From a virus (taxonomy: Duplodnaviria; Heunggongvirae; Uroviricota; Caudoviricetes): a stretch of 64,000 nt of DNA. Below, piece after piece: positions 1 to 9,863 of the stretch. The notes beneath the pieces are model-generated. The model saw only the letters and a list, made by a program, of their open reading frames with translations, was not told where the DNA came from and made no database searches. Position 1 is the stretch's first letter. Each line of letters starts with the position of its first letter. The stretch is from IMG/VR virus record IMGVR_UViG_2778261375_000003. One strand, 5' to 3'. A program made the translations under genes and the position numbers.

Positions 1-5
1 GGTTT

Positions 6-1388
6 ATGACCTCGCTGAAATCGCTCGGTGAAATGGCCGGGATGGCGCGGGACAAAATCGGATCGAATCTTGCGGACGGACTGGCGGGGCAGATTGATAA
101 CCTGCGCAAAAAGATAATTGAAAATTTTCCCAAAATTGAAGTCACCATCACAAAGGTCATAAAGGGGATCCTCTGGCTGGGTGAGATAGTCGGGCGGGTA
201 GCATTTCGGATAGTCGATGGTGTCGGAGATATCATCGAGTGGTGGGGGAAACTGGATGCCGAAACGAAAACCCTGATAGAGGTTATCGGCGGTCTGGTTG
301 TCGCCATGCGGATACTTAACTCTACTTTCTGGATGTCACCTATAGGGCTGATTACCGGTCTGATCGTGGCTCTCGGTCTCTTGTGGGAAGACTACAAAAC
401 ATGGAAAGAAGGCGGTAACAGTCTTATCGACTGGGAAAAATGGCAACCGGCAATAGATAAAGCGAAGGATGCGATCACCTGGCTTCGTGACCACCTTCTG
501 GAACTAAAAGATGGTGTTGGCGGCTGGCAAAATGCACTGGAAATCCTTGGTACATTCATCGCGGGTGTCTGGGTATCCAGGGTTCTGGGGGCTTTCGGGA
601 AAATATCAGGTTTGCCGGTCCCGCCGTGGTTAAAAGGCTGGATGGCTTATGCTGCGTATTTGTACTCTGATCGCGAAAATATTGGTGCCAGTGCGAAGTC
701 ATCCTGGGATTACACGAAACAAAATATTGGAGATTCATTGCGCTGGCTTGGCATTGATACCGATTTTGGTCGTAATCCTCATACCGTAAAAGGCGCAAAT
801 ATTCAGTCAGATATTCCAGGTGCTGAGCCGGAACAATATGCACAGGCTACGAAACGAGGAGAACGGAATAACAATCCGGGAAACCTTAATTTTGCTGGTC
901 AGGCAGGGGCTTCTCTTGAACGCCCGGGCGGGCGATTTGCCAGATTTGAAACTGCCTTTGATGGATTACGGGCTCTTGCTCGTCAGTTAATGCTGTACGC
1001 CGGACGGGGAATAAACAGTGTGGAGAAAATTATCTCTACCTGGGCACCTGCGTCTGATAATAACAACACAACAGCGTATATCAGGGCTGTATCGCAACGA
1101 CTGGGAGTGGATCCCCGGGCTGCCCTGAATATGAGCGATCCGCAAACCATGTCAGCATTGATGAGCAGCATTATCCAGCATGAGAATGGAAGAAATATCT
1201 ATTCTCGAGAGCTGATTAATAAGGCTGCCGTGGCGGGAATTAGTGGCAAAGTGACAGAGGTTAACCAGCAAAATACCTACCACATTTACGGTGGCGGAGA
1301 TCCGCACGCTGTCGGTAATGAGGTTGCACGTCGGCAACAGTCTGCAAATGCTCAGGTCATGCGAAGTAATCAGGTGAGGGTGGGTTAG
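6..1388 (+). CDS. phage tail protein (tape-measure or DNA-circulation-like), probably 5'-truncated at window edge
   Basis: Reading frame is open to the window start; hydrophobic segments then a soluble C-terminal region; stop overlaps next start (TAGTG); sits directly upstream of coupled baseplate genes. Confidence 0.45.
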   Translation: MTSLKSLGEMAGMARDKIGSNLADGLAGQIDNLRKKIIENFPKIEVTITKVIKGILWLGEIVGRVAFRIVDGVGDIIEWWGKLDAETKTLIEVIGGLVVAMRILNSTFWMSPIGLITGLIVALGLLWEDYKTWKEGGNSLIDWEKWQPAIDKAKDAITWLRDHLLELKDGVGGWQNALEILGTFIAGVWVSRVLGAFGKISGLPVPPWLKGWMAYAAYLYSDRENIGASAKSSWDYTKQNIGDSLRWLGIDTDFGRNPHTVKGANIQSDIPGAEPEQYAQATKRGERNNNPGNLNFAGQAGASLERPGGRFARFETAFDGLRALARQLMLYAGRGINSVEKIISTWAPASDNNNTTAYIRAVSQRLGVDPRAALNMSDPQTMSALMSSIIQHENGRNIYSRELINKAAVAGISGKVTEVNQQNTYHIYGGGDPHAVGNEVARRQQSANAQVMRSNQVRVG

Positions 1389-1975
1389 TGGATATTCTCT
1401 CTACACTTTTTCATCAGCAGAGCAGAAAAATAGGAATGATTGTTCCCAGTGTTGTTATTTCAGAGAAGCATACAGATATGCTTGAAATAACAGAGCATCC
1501 GGTAGAGGTCGGGGCCGCTGTCGCTGATCATGCCTATAAAAAACCGTCAGAAGTGGTGATGGAGGTTGGTTTCGCCGGTGGCGGCGCATTGCTGGATTTT
1601 GCCAGTAACCTGACGGCTACCAGCCTGCTCGGCCTGAGTCCTCAGCAGACGTATCAGGAGCTACTGGGTCTGCAGGAAAGCCGTATCCCCTTCGATGTGG
1701 TAACCGGTAAACGGCTGTACAGCAACATGTTGATCCGGGCGCTGGAAGTGACGACGGACAAGACAACCGAAAACGTCCTGTCCGCCGTCCTCACCCTGAG
1801 GGAGGTCATTATCTCCCGGACACAGCAGATTACCGTCGCGGATAAAACCAACATGAAGGAAGGGGCCAGCACGTCGGCGGTACAGAACAGCGGCAACAAA
1901 ACCACAAAGCCTCCAGATACTTCACTGCTGAAAAGCATCACGGGTAACGTGGCGTCATTACTGGGGGGCGGCTAA
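1388..1975 (+). CDS. tail-module protein, function unknown
   Basis: 195-aa ORF translationally coupled on both sides (TAGTG, TAATG) inside the tail operon. Confidence 0.4.
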   Translation: MDILSTLFHQQSRKIGMIVPSVVISEKHTDMLEITEHPVEVGAAVADHAYKKPSEVVMEVGFAGGGALLDFASNLTATSLLGLSPQQTYQELLGLQESRIPFDVVTGKRLYSNMLIRALEVTTDKTTENVLSAVLTLREVIISRTQQITVADKTNMKEGASTSAVQNSGNKTTKPPDTSLLKSITGNVASLLGGG

Positions 1976-2277
1976 TGACAATTCAGGAAATTCCGCTGAC
2001 AGCGGACAACCAGCAGTTCTGCATCGTCCTGGGTGGTGTCACCTGGCGGATTAGCATCATATGGCGCGATCTGTACTGGATTATGGACCTGCAGAACGAC
2101 AGAGGGGAGCCGGTAATCTCCGGTATTCCTCTCGTCACTGGTGCTGACCTGCTGGCGCAGTACGCCTGTATGGGGCTTGGTTTTAAGCTGGTGGTGGTCT
2201 GTGATGACAACACACAGGATTACCCCACAAAAACTGACCTGGGCGGTCGCAGCCATTTACTGGTATCAACGGAGTAA
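1975..2277 (+). CDS. hypothetical tail-module protein
   Basis: 100-aa ORF coupled to flanking tail genes; no recognisable motif. Confidence 0.35.
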   Translation: MTIQEIPLTADNQQFCIVLGGVTWRISIIWRDLYWIMDLQNDRGEPVISGIPLVTGADLLAQYACMGLGFKLVVVCDDNTQDYPTKTDLGGRSHLLVSTE

Positions 2278-2279
2278 GC

Positions 2280-3347
2280 ATGTCACAGAACTGGATGAGA
2301 CATTTCGAGCTGCAGCTTGTGGACGGGAACGGTCAGGGAATTGAGCTAAGTGATTTCAAAGTCACCTTTACGATCGACTGGTTCAACATCAGCAGCGCGT
2401 CCCGGGTAGGGACTATCAAAATTTATAACCTCTCGGCAGATACTGTGAACCGAATTACCGGGCAAGAGTTTTCGAAAGTGCGTCTGATTGCCGGTTACGA
2501 CGGTATCGCGCCGGAGGTGTCAGCAAGCGACGTCGGGACAGTGCGGGAAGTTGACGCGGCGGACGTGGGCCAGAGTGATGGTCGCAACTACGGACTGATT
2601 TTCAGCGGTGAAATTCGCTACTCGGTTACAGGAAAAGACAGTCCGGTTGATTCCTACGTCCTGATTCAGGCAGCAGATACTGATCTGGCTTTTGCCACCA
2701 GTATAACCTCACAGACGCTGGCTGCCGGTTACACGGTCGCTGATGTAAACCGTGCGCTGATGAAAGACTTCGAAGCCAAAGGCGCGACCGAAGGCCTGAC
2801 GCCTGAAATGCCTGCTACTGTATTCCCCCGGGGGCGGGTACTCTTTGGCATGACGCGGCATCTAATGGATAACGTAGCCGGGCAATGTGGCGCAACATGG
2901 CAATTCGTGGATGGTCAGCGCCAGATGGTGGCGAATAACGAATATGTTCATGAAGCGATTGTGCTCAACAGCGCTACCGGGCTTATTGGCATGCCGCAGC
3001 AGACTATCGGTAACGGCGTAAACGTCCGCGCGCTTATTAATCCGAACATCCGGGTTAACGGACTTATTCAGCTGGATCAGGCTTCCGTGTATCGTACCGC
3101 CTTGTCGAACAACGATATCGCGATGGCCGGTGGGCAGATCACTGACCAGAACACGGACGGAAATATTACGCTAAGCGGCACCACATCGCAGCCTGCCAGC
3201 ATCGCAACGGATGGCGTTTATATTGTGCGCGGGATTATGTACACTGGCGACACAAGGGGCCAGGCGTGGTACATGGATATGATGTGCGAAGCGCGCGGTG
3301 CGGCGGATCTTCGTTCGGCGTCGTCTTTACAGCGTGAGGTAGGATAG
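2280..3347 (+). CDS. baseplate hub-like protein (Mu P / P2 gpD position)
   Basis: 355-aa ORF at the position preceding the spike gene in Mu-like order N-P-V-W-J-I-fibre; assignment by synteny only. Confidence 0.45.
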   Translation: MSQNWMRHFELQLVDGNGQGIELSDFKVTFTIDWFNISSASRVGTIKIYNLSADTVNRITGQEFSKVRLIAGYDGIAPEVSASDVGTVREVDAADVGQSDGRNYGLIFSGEIRYSVTGKDSPVDSYVLIQAADTDLAFATSITSQTLAAGYTVADVNRALMKDFEAKGATEGLTPEMPATVFPRGRVLFGMTRHLMDNVAGQCGATWQFVDGQRQMVANNEYVHEAIVLNSATGLIGMPQQTIGNGVNVRALINPNIRVNGLIQLDQASVYRTALSNNDIAMAGGQITDQNTDGNITLSGTTSQPASIATDGVYIVRGIMYTGDTRGQAWYMDMMCEARGAADLRSASSLQREVG

Positions 3348-3700
3348 TGAAAAAGTGGATTGTTATTGGACTCTGTTTCCTTCCGGGGTTCGCATTTGCT
3401 GCGAATCCTGGCGGTGTCACGCTTCAGTGTGGTGGCTACAAATTAGAGTTGATTCCTGATTCATTGTTCAGGATTAATGGTGAGACAGTTACCTCCCAGA
3501 AAATCAAAACGCTCGGCAACGGTAATGGAATGAAGGCGGATATGGGGCTTATGCCAGCCAAAGACGGTAACAATTACGGTTTCGAGTTCATTCGCCGTCC
3601 GGGTACCGAAACGCGATTCCTGAATGTCCAGCTTCTGCAGAACAGCATGGATGCGCCGAAAATCATCGGATCTTTCCCTTGTAAAAAAGTGGCTGGGTGA
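3347..3700 (+). CDS. secreted/periplasmic protein with N-terminal signal peptide (moron-like)
   Basis: N-terminus MKKWIVIGLCFLPGFAFAANP looks like a cleavable signal peptide; start overlaps hub stop; not a standard baseplate component. Confidence 0.5.
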   Translation: MKKWIVIGLCFLPGFAFAANPGGVTLQCGGYKLELIPDSLFRINGETVTSQKIKTLGNGNGMKADMGLMPAKDGNNYGFEFIRRPGTETRFLNVQLLQNSMDAPKIIGSFPCKKVAG

Positions 3701-3849
3701 AGGTAACCTGAAATTCGTAACGCCTGAAAAACAACAAAATGTGCTCTAAAAACTGTTGTTTTTTGAGACGAGCGATTACACTGCACTGACTTTTTGATGG
3801 TGGATTGCCATCGATATGCTACTTCATTAAAGCCAGGAATAACTAAAAC

Positions 3850-4581
3850 ATGAGTTTAGCGCAGCCAAAATCAGGAGAACTGTTAGATCTTCTGACTCCT
3901 TCATTAACTAAGGGTGAAAACCTTCTGAGTGAGTTTGAAATCCATCGAATCATTCGTGAAGCGAAGAAACTACCTGAACGTTATCAGGGGCTATCAATTG
4001 AAGGCTTAGCTAAGCTTGTTCTTGGTGAAATAGATGAAGGATGTTCACTCTGTGAGCGGGGGTTGAGAATAGCGCCTAACGATCCAGTTTCTTTTTGTAA
4101 CTATACGATTGCGCTGCGTAACTTAGGTTTGCATGCTCGCCAGTATGTGATGATTCAGAAAGCATCTGATTCACTTAATCCAACGATATTGGCTGAGGTT
4201 GCTACAATTTCTGCATACTGGGTTGATATCGATTTGCTTGAAAAGGTGATGCCGATGCTAACTGCAATGGAAGTACCGCGCCCTGAAGATATGGGCAAAT
4301 GGTATGACACGCTCAATTATCTGCATACCCAAAAAGATCATGCTCAGGAGCTAAAAACTATTGGGCGGCTCATGATGAACGTTGCAGAAAAGTACCGCGC
4401 TCGTCTTGCTGGCGCTCATGCTTTTTATGTAATGTCAGAACTTGATACGCTGTTCGTTGAAGTCAAAACAGACGATCCAGTGCTTCTTTCGCAGATGAAT
4501 AATGCCTTGGCTGATGAGATTATTATTGCGGGGCTTGCGGATTCAGAATGCGTCGGATGCTTTGAAGCCGGGGAACTCTAA
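3850..4581 (+). CDS. hypothetical helical protein (cassette gene 1)
   Basis: 243-aa ORF after a 150-bp AT-rich intergenic region; stop overlaps next start (TAATG); no motif I can name. Confidence 0.55.
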   Translation: MSLAQPKSGELLDLLTPSLTKGENLLSEFEIHRIIREAKKLPERYQGLSIEGLAKLVLGEIDEGCSLCERGLRIAPNDPVSFCNYTIALRNLGLHARQYVMIQKASDSLNPTILAEVATISAYWVDIDLLEKVMPMLTAMEVPRPEDMGKWYDTLNYLHTQKDHAQELKTIGRLMMNVAEKYRARLAGAHAFYVMSELDTLFVEVKTDDPVLLSQMNNALADEIIIAGLADSECVGCFEAGEL

Positions 4582-5009
4582 TGTCGGTTGAGCATACCTG
4601 TTTTCTTGAATTGGCTAAGCATTCCCTGGCTCTAAACGGTGAGATGTGGACGAGAAATGCTATTAGCCGAGCATACTATGGTATGTACCATTCCGCCTTA
4701 CGGATCACCAACAATCTGGTACCGACCGCTACACAAGATGGTGAAAAACTAAAAGGTGGAGTTCACATGCGAGTCTATACGGCCTTTTGTAGTGGTGAGG
4801 CAGCTGCACTTAACGATGTTGATGTTAACGCAGTAAAGAAAATCGGCGTTAAACTGAAAATGACGCATGCCCAACGTGTTAATTCTGATTACAAGCTTGA
4901 GCGGAAAATCAACCGGATTACCGCGAGAAGTGTAATTCTGGATGCGGAAGAGGTCGATGCAATCGTTAATCAATTACTGAAGATTGGTGATGACTCGTTA
5001 ACTGCATAA
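4581..5009 (+). CDS. hypothetical protein with R-x6-H (RAYYGMYH) HEPN-like motif (cassette gene 2)
   Basis: 142-aa ORF coupled to gene 1; Arg-x6-His inside an aromatic-rich helix; followed by a strong intrinsic terminator. Confidence 0.55.
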   Translation: MSVEHTCFLELAKHSLALNGEMWTRNAISRAYYGMYHSALRITNNLVPTATQDGEKLKGGVHMRVYTAFCSGEAAALNDVDVNAVKKIGVKLKMTHAQRVNSDYKLERKINRITARSVILDAEEVDAIVNQLLKIGDDSLTA

Positions 5010-5029
5010 GCTGAAATTTCTCAAAATTC

Positions 5030-5056
5030 AAACCCGCCACTTGGCGGGTTTTTTGC
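5030..5056 (+). terminator. rho-independent terminator
   Basis: Perfect hairpin ACCCGCCA-CTT-TGGCGGGT followed by a T-run, 23 nt after the stop at 5009. Confidence 0.7.
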
Positions 5057-5073
5057 TTTCTGGAGCCTACTAA

Positions 5074-5826
5074 ATGGCAGTATCTGACCAGACCCGCAGC
5101 GGCGACCTTGCCGAAACATTTAAATCTGAACGGGAAACAACAAAGAACCAGATCCGTGTCGCCTTGCCTGGCATTGTTCAGTCATTCGCTCCTGATGCGG
5201 TGACGGCGGTTGTACAGCCTGCTATCCGTTACGTTGAAATTGATAACGACGGCAACCGCATTACCAAAAATTACCCATTGCTGGTGGATGTGCCAGTGGT
5301 ATTCCCGCGTGGCGGAGGCTGTACGCTAACGTTTCCAGTTAAAGCCGGTGATGAATGTTTGGTGATTTTTGCCGATCGTTGTATTGATTTCTGGTGGCAG
5401 AGTGGCGGGATACAGGAGCCGGTCGATGACAGAATGCATGATTTATCGGATGCGTTTTGTATTGTCGGTCCCCAGTCGCAGGCAAGGAAGATTAGCGGTA
5501 TTAATACCAGTGCCACACAGTTGCGTAGTGATGACGGCAGCACCTATTTTGAGCTTAATCCTGATACCAGGAAAATTAAAATTGTCGCTCCGGGGGGCCT
5601 TGATGTGGTTGCCCCTCTGGCTGATTTTTCTGAGAAAGTAACCATTCATGGCCTGTTAACCTGGATGGGAGGCATGGTGGGGTCTGTTGTTTCTGGTGTG
5701 GCTTCAAAAATCACTGGTGCTGTTGAGTTTTTGGGTAGCGTGAAGGCTAACGGCAAGCCAATCGATGATACGCACACTCATGGTGGTGTTCAGCGCGGTG
5801 GAAGCAATACCGACGGAGTAAAATGA
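5074..5826 (+). CDS. baseplate spike protein (gpV / Mu gp45-like)
   Basis: OB-fold-like N-terminal region and C-terminal HTHGG motif typical of V-type spikes; first gene of a coupled V-W-J-I block. Confidence 0.6.
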   Translation: MAVSDQTRSGDLAETFKSERETTKNQIRVALPGIVQSFAPDAVTAVVQPAIRYVEIDNDGNRITKNYPLLVDVPVVFPRGGGCTLTFPVKAGDECLVIFADRCIDFWWQSGGIQEPVDDRMHDLSDAFCIVGPQSQARKISGINTSATQLRSDDGSTYFELNPDTRKIKIVAPGGLDVVAPLADFSEKVTIHGLLTWMGGMVGSVVSGVASKITGAVEFLGSVKANGKPIDDTHTHGGVQRGGSNTDGVK

Positions 5827-6179
5827 TGCGATACAGACGTGAAGACGCCGATGGCGATTACACCTTTGGCAGCGGTGATGACACCTGGCTGATTAACTCA
5901 CCGGAGGCCGTGGCGCAGGCGGTAAAAACGCGATTCGAATTGTGGTATGGGCAATGGTTTCTCGACACCACCGAGGGGACTCCGTGGATCCAGTCCGTAC
6001 TCGGTAAGCAGAAGCCGGAAACCTACAACCTAGCGATCAGAAAACGCATTCTGGAAACGCAGGGCGTTAAATCAATCCTCTCTTTCAATACGACGGTGGA
6101 TACCACGACCCGACGTGTCATGTTTTCCGCTGAAATCGACACTCTCTATGGAATAACGACTGTTACATCGGAGGCGTAA
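5823..6179 (+). CDS. baseplate protein (W / gp25 position)
   Basis: 118-aa ORF overlapping V stop (ATGA) and J start (TAATG); assignment by position. Confidence 0.45.
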   Translation: MMRYRREDADGDYTFGSGDDTWLINSPEAVAQAVKTRFELWYGQWFLDTTEGTPWIQSVLGKQKPETYNLAIRKRILETQGVKSILSFNTTVDTTTRRVMFSAEIDTLYGITTVTSEA

Positions 6180-7378
6180 TGGCTCTGAACCTTGATTCTC
6201 TCGGTTTATCTGCAAAGGTAACCGCGGAGGGGATCAGTGCGCCTGATTATCAGACGATACTCAGCACCCTGATTAGCTATTTTCAGCAGATTTATGGCAG
6301 TGATGCCTACCTCGAACCGGACAGCAAAGACGGCCAGATGGTGGCTCTGATGGCGCTGGCGATTCATGATGCCAATAATATGGCGATAACTGTCTACAAC
6401 TGTTTTTCACCGGCAACCGGCTATGGGGCTGCACTGACCAGTAACGTGAAAATAAATGGTATTTCACGTAAAGGCGCGACGAATTCTACGGTTGATTTGC
6501 TTCTTACAGGAACTGCCGGGGCAACCATCATTAATGGCAGCGTGAAAGACAGTAATAATGTGATATGGCGTTTGCCTGCTTCAGTGGTGGTCGGCGTGGA
6601 TGGTACAGTGATGGTGACCGCAACATGTTCCGTCAGTGGTGCAGTGGCGGCGCTGGCTGGAACTATCACTGAAATTAATACGCCAACCCGTGGCTGGATT
6701 TCGGTAACCAATCCTGCTGCAGCTACTGTAGGCACTCCAGCAGAAACTGATGCTGAGTTACGTATCCGCCAGTCGCAAAGTGTTGCGTTGCCATCAATAA
6801 CCCCATTTGAAGCACTGGATGGTGCTGTTTCTAATGTTGCCGGTGTAACCCGCCACAAACTCTATGAAAACGATACTGGTTCGGAGGACGGTAACGGGTT
6901 ACCGCCACACTCTGTTGCTGTAATTGTGGATGGTGGTGATGTGACGGATATTGCTCAGGCTATCAGAGGGAATAAAGGCCAGGGGACAGCCACTCACGGT
7001 ACAACATCCGTTACGGTTCTGGATAAATACGGCAATCCCCATGTAATCAAATTCTCGCGTTCCAGTGATGTACCTGTTTATGCCCGGATTAAATTAAAAG
7101 TTTTTACGGGTTATACCTCACAGATAGGGCAGCAGATCCAGCAGGCTATTTCCGACTATATCAATAGTCTGATGATTGGTGATTCGGTCCTTTTAAGTCG
7201 CATTTACTCACCGGCGAATCTTGGCGTGGTGAGTGGCGGGAATGCACGCTATTACGATATTCAGGAACTGACGATTGGGAAATCCCCGGGGGCTTTGTCG
7301 TCATCAAACATTGATATCAGATACAACGAATCTGCGTCCTGTACCCCGGAAAATATCGTTATAACGGTGGAGTCATGA
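6179..7378 (+). CDS. baseplate J-like protein
   Basis: 399-aa ORF at the J position, coupled to W and I. Confidence 0.55.
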   Translation: MALNLDSLGLSAKVTAEGISAPDYQTILSTLISYFQQIYGSDAYLEPDSKDGQMVALMALAIHDANNMAITVYNCFSPATGYGAALTSNVKINGISRKGATNSTVDLLLTGTAGATIINGSVKDSNNVIWRLPASVVVGVDGTVMVTATCSVSGAVAALAGTITEINTPTRGWISVTNPAAATVGTPAETDAELRIRQSQSVALPSITPFEALDGAVSNVAGVTRHKLYENDTGSEDGNGLPPHSVAVIVDGGDVTDIAQAIRGNKGQGTATHGTTSVTVLDKYGNPHVIKFSRSSDVPVYARIKLKVFTGYTSQIGQQIQQAISDYINSLMIGDSVLLSRIYSPANLGVVSGGNARYYDIQELTIGKSPGALSSSNIDIRYNESASCTPENIVITVES

Positions 7379-8055
7379 GCAAATACACCGAACTAATCAC
7401 AAACTACCACGCCACCAAACCTAAATTTCTTGCACATGTTGATCTGATGACCCGGCCGCTTATTGATGTTGCGGCTGCCACCAGAGGGCTGATTACTGCA
7501 TTTGATATTGACTCTGCGGTTGGTGTGCAACTTGACATTCTGGGATTGTGGATCGGACGTAGCCGTGTTGTCAGCCAGCCTATCTCAGGTGTCTATTTCA
7601 GCTGGGATACCGACGGGCTTGGATATGATCAGGGGGTATGGCAGGGACCATACGATCCTGATTCCGGATACATGTACCTCAGCGATGAAACTTATCGTGT
7701 CATTCTTAAAGCGAAGATTGCGATTAATAACTGGGACGGACGGAATGATTCGCTTCCGGCAATTCTTGACGCTGCAACAGCAGGATCCGGGCTGCGAATG
7801 CAGATAGTCGATAACCAGGACATGACGATATCGGTCTGGGTCTTTCCTGATACTGATATTTCAGATGTATCGCGTGAGTTAATTGCGGCAATTAAACAGG
7901 GGTATCTCACAGTAAAAGTCGCCGGGGTATGGGCGGGTGGCATTGAAACACCTTCGGTGGAAACCCCATCGGAAGGCTCAAAATTTTTTGGTTTTGATAT
8001 GGATAACGAATTCATCAGTGGTTTTGATGTAGGAGCATGGGGAGTATTACTCTGA
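7375..8055 (+). CDS. tail protein I-like (baseplate wedge)
   Basis: 226-aa ORF at the I position; stop overlaps fibre start (TGATG). Confidence 0.5.
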   Translation: MSKYTELITNYHATKPKFLAHVDLMTRPLIDVAAATRGLITAFDIDSAVGVQLDILGLWIGRSRVVSQPISGVYFSWDTDGLGYDQGVWQGPYDPDSGYMYLSDETYRVILKAKIAINNWDGRNDSLPAILDAATAGSGLRMQIVDNQDMTISVWVFPDTDISDVSRELIAAIKQGYLTVKVAGVWAGGIETPSVETPSEGSKFFGFDMDNEFISGFDVGAWGVLL

Positions 8056-8828
8056 TGGCGAAAAATGACTTTAAAGCGTTTGCAACGGATCGAAATGCCA
8101 ATGTTATATCGCAGGAGGAATGGGAAGCGTTGCCCGCGCTTTTATCCGGATTTACAGCAGGGAAAGCCTCCAGTGCGCAAGTCAATAAGGTTATTCGGCA
8201 GGCCAGCTTTATTGCTGCAGCTCTGGCCCAGTTTGTAAGTGATAAAACGCAACGGGATGTGCTTGATAATGGTGATCTGCCCGGTTTTGTTGAATTGCTG
8301 GGATCGGGGTTTGCTGTTGAATACCTGAGCCGCAAGAATCCGTTTGGTGATATCAAATCGGATGGCACGGTGAAAACGGCTCTCGAAAACCTTGGTTTGG
8401 GAGAAGGTTCGGCATTACCCGTTGGTGTGCCTGTCCCGTGGCCTTCCGCCACTCCGCCAACAGGCTGGCTAAAATGCAATGGTGCGGCTTTTTCTGCTGA
8501 AGAATACCCGGAACTGGCAAAGGTTTATCCGACAAATAAATTGCCTGATTTACGCGGTGAATTTATTCGTGGATGGGATGATGGGCGTGGGGTGGATTCC
8601 TCTCGTGGTTTGTTGACATCTCAAGACCATTTATTTGCTTCTCATGGGCACTGGTTTGACAAGTACTATGCGCTAACAGGTTTTGATACAACGGGAGGTC
8701 GGTTCGTAGTTACGGCTGATGCTTTCGGGGAACTTATTAAGGCAAATTCAATTTCTACGGTATCGGTTGGTGGTTCTGAAACCCGGCCGCGCAACGTCGC
8801 ATTTAACTATATCGTGAGGGCAGCCTGA
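8055..8828 (+). CDS. short tail fibre protein with tail-collar-like domain
   Basis: Start taken at ATG 8055 ([12 protein letters not shown]...); motif [22 protein letters not shown] resembles the phage tail collar domain. Confidence 0.6.
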   Translation: MAKNDFKAFATDRNANVISQEEWEALPALLSGFTAGKASSAQVNKVIRQASFIAAALAQFVSDKTQRDVLDNGDLPGFVELLGSGFAVEYLSRKNPFGDIKSDGTVKTALENLGLGEGSALPVGVPVPWPSATPPTGWLKCNGAAFSAEEYPELAKVYPTNKLPDLRGEFIRGWDDGRGVDSSRGLLTSQDHLFASHGHWFDKYYALTGFDTTGGRFVVTADAFGELIKANSISTVSVGGSETRPRNVAFNYIVRAA

Positions 8829-9430
8829 TGAATAAAGCCGTATTAAATAACGAACTCATTGCCATAAAAGCGGGAGACATTACCATTTATAATTATGATG
8901 GTGAAACGCGGGAATATATTTCCACATCAACTGAATATCTTGCGGTTGGCGTCGGTATACCGGCATGCTCCTGTTTAGATGCTCCTGACTCATATAAAGC
9001 TGGTTATGCAATCTGCCGTTCTGCAGATTTTAACTCATGGGTATATGTGCCAGACCACCGTGGTGAAACGGTATATAGCACTGAAACAGGAGAATCAAAA
9101 GAAATCACAGCTCCGGGTGATTACCCTGAAAATACAACCACTATCGCCCCGTTAACGCCATTCGATAAATGGGATGGTGAGAAATGGGTGACCGATACTG
9201 AGGCACAGCATTGCGCCGCAGTAGACGCGGCAGAAGCACAGCGTCAGTCACTGATTGATACTGCAATGGCTTCCATCAGTCTGATTCAACTGAAATTGCA
9301 GGCCGGGCGGAAGCTGACGCAGGCAGAAACCACCCGACTTAACGCTGTGCTGGATTACATTGACGCGGTGACGGCAACAGATACCAGCACCGCGCCGGAT
9401 GTCATCTGGCCTGAACTGCCGGAGGCGTAG
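8828..9430 (+). CDS. tail fibre assembly chaperone
   Basis: 200-aa ORF coupled to the fibre gene (TGATG); C-terminus ...DYIDAVTATDTSTAPDVIWPELP shared with the convergent chaperone. Confidence 0.6.
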   Translation: MNKAVLNNELIAIKAGDITIYNYDGETREYISTSTEYLAVGVGIPACSCLDAPDSYKAGYAICRSADFNSWVYVPDHRGETVYSTETGESKEITAPGDYPENTTTIAPLTPFDKWDGEKWVTDTEAQHCAAVDAAEAQRQSLIDTAMASISLIQLKLQAGRKLTQAETTRLNAVLDYIDAVTATDTSTAPDVIWPELPEA

Positions 9431-9842
9431 GCCATTCAATATCTGGCGCACCGGAAGTATCGACCAGTTCCAGTGCGTCCAGGTAATCCAGCCACAAATT
9501 ATATTGCGCCAGTTCGTCACCTTTCAGACGACCAATAGCCGCTTTACCAGGCCATTGTTTACTGTTCATATAATCGTTGGCCTGATTAATCAATTGCTGC
9601 TTCTCCAATTCGGCTGCAGCAATTTGTTCCTCATGTGTTGGTGGTGGAATTTCGGACCATGCAGGAAAACCATTTTCTCCAGCGATACGGATTTTTCCTT
9701 TCGGCGGTAATCCGGAAAACTCAATATACACTTGCTCATCAACTTCAACAGCATCATCTGGCCATGAGTCAGCTTGAGTGTAATCCTCTTTCATCCCCAG
9801 CGGATAGAAAGAGTTTGTAGTCGCGGAATATATGTAATTCAT
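9402..9842 (-). CDS. tail fibre assembly chaperone (U-like)
   Basis: 146-aa ORF directly downstream of the long fibre gene; C-terminus ...DYLDALELVDTSGAPDIEWPTPP; 3' end overlaps the + strand chaperone by 29 bp. Confidence 0.6.
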   Translation of the reverse strand: MNYIYSATTNSFYPLGMKEDYTQADSWPDDAVEVDEQVYIEFSGLPPKGKIRIAGENGFPAWSEIPPPTHEEQIAAAELEKQQLINQANDYMNSKQWPGKAAIGRLKGDELAQYNLWLDYLDALELVDTSGAPDIEWPTPPAVQAR

Positions 9843-9863
9843 TTTTCACTCCATATAGCTAAA

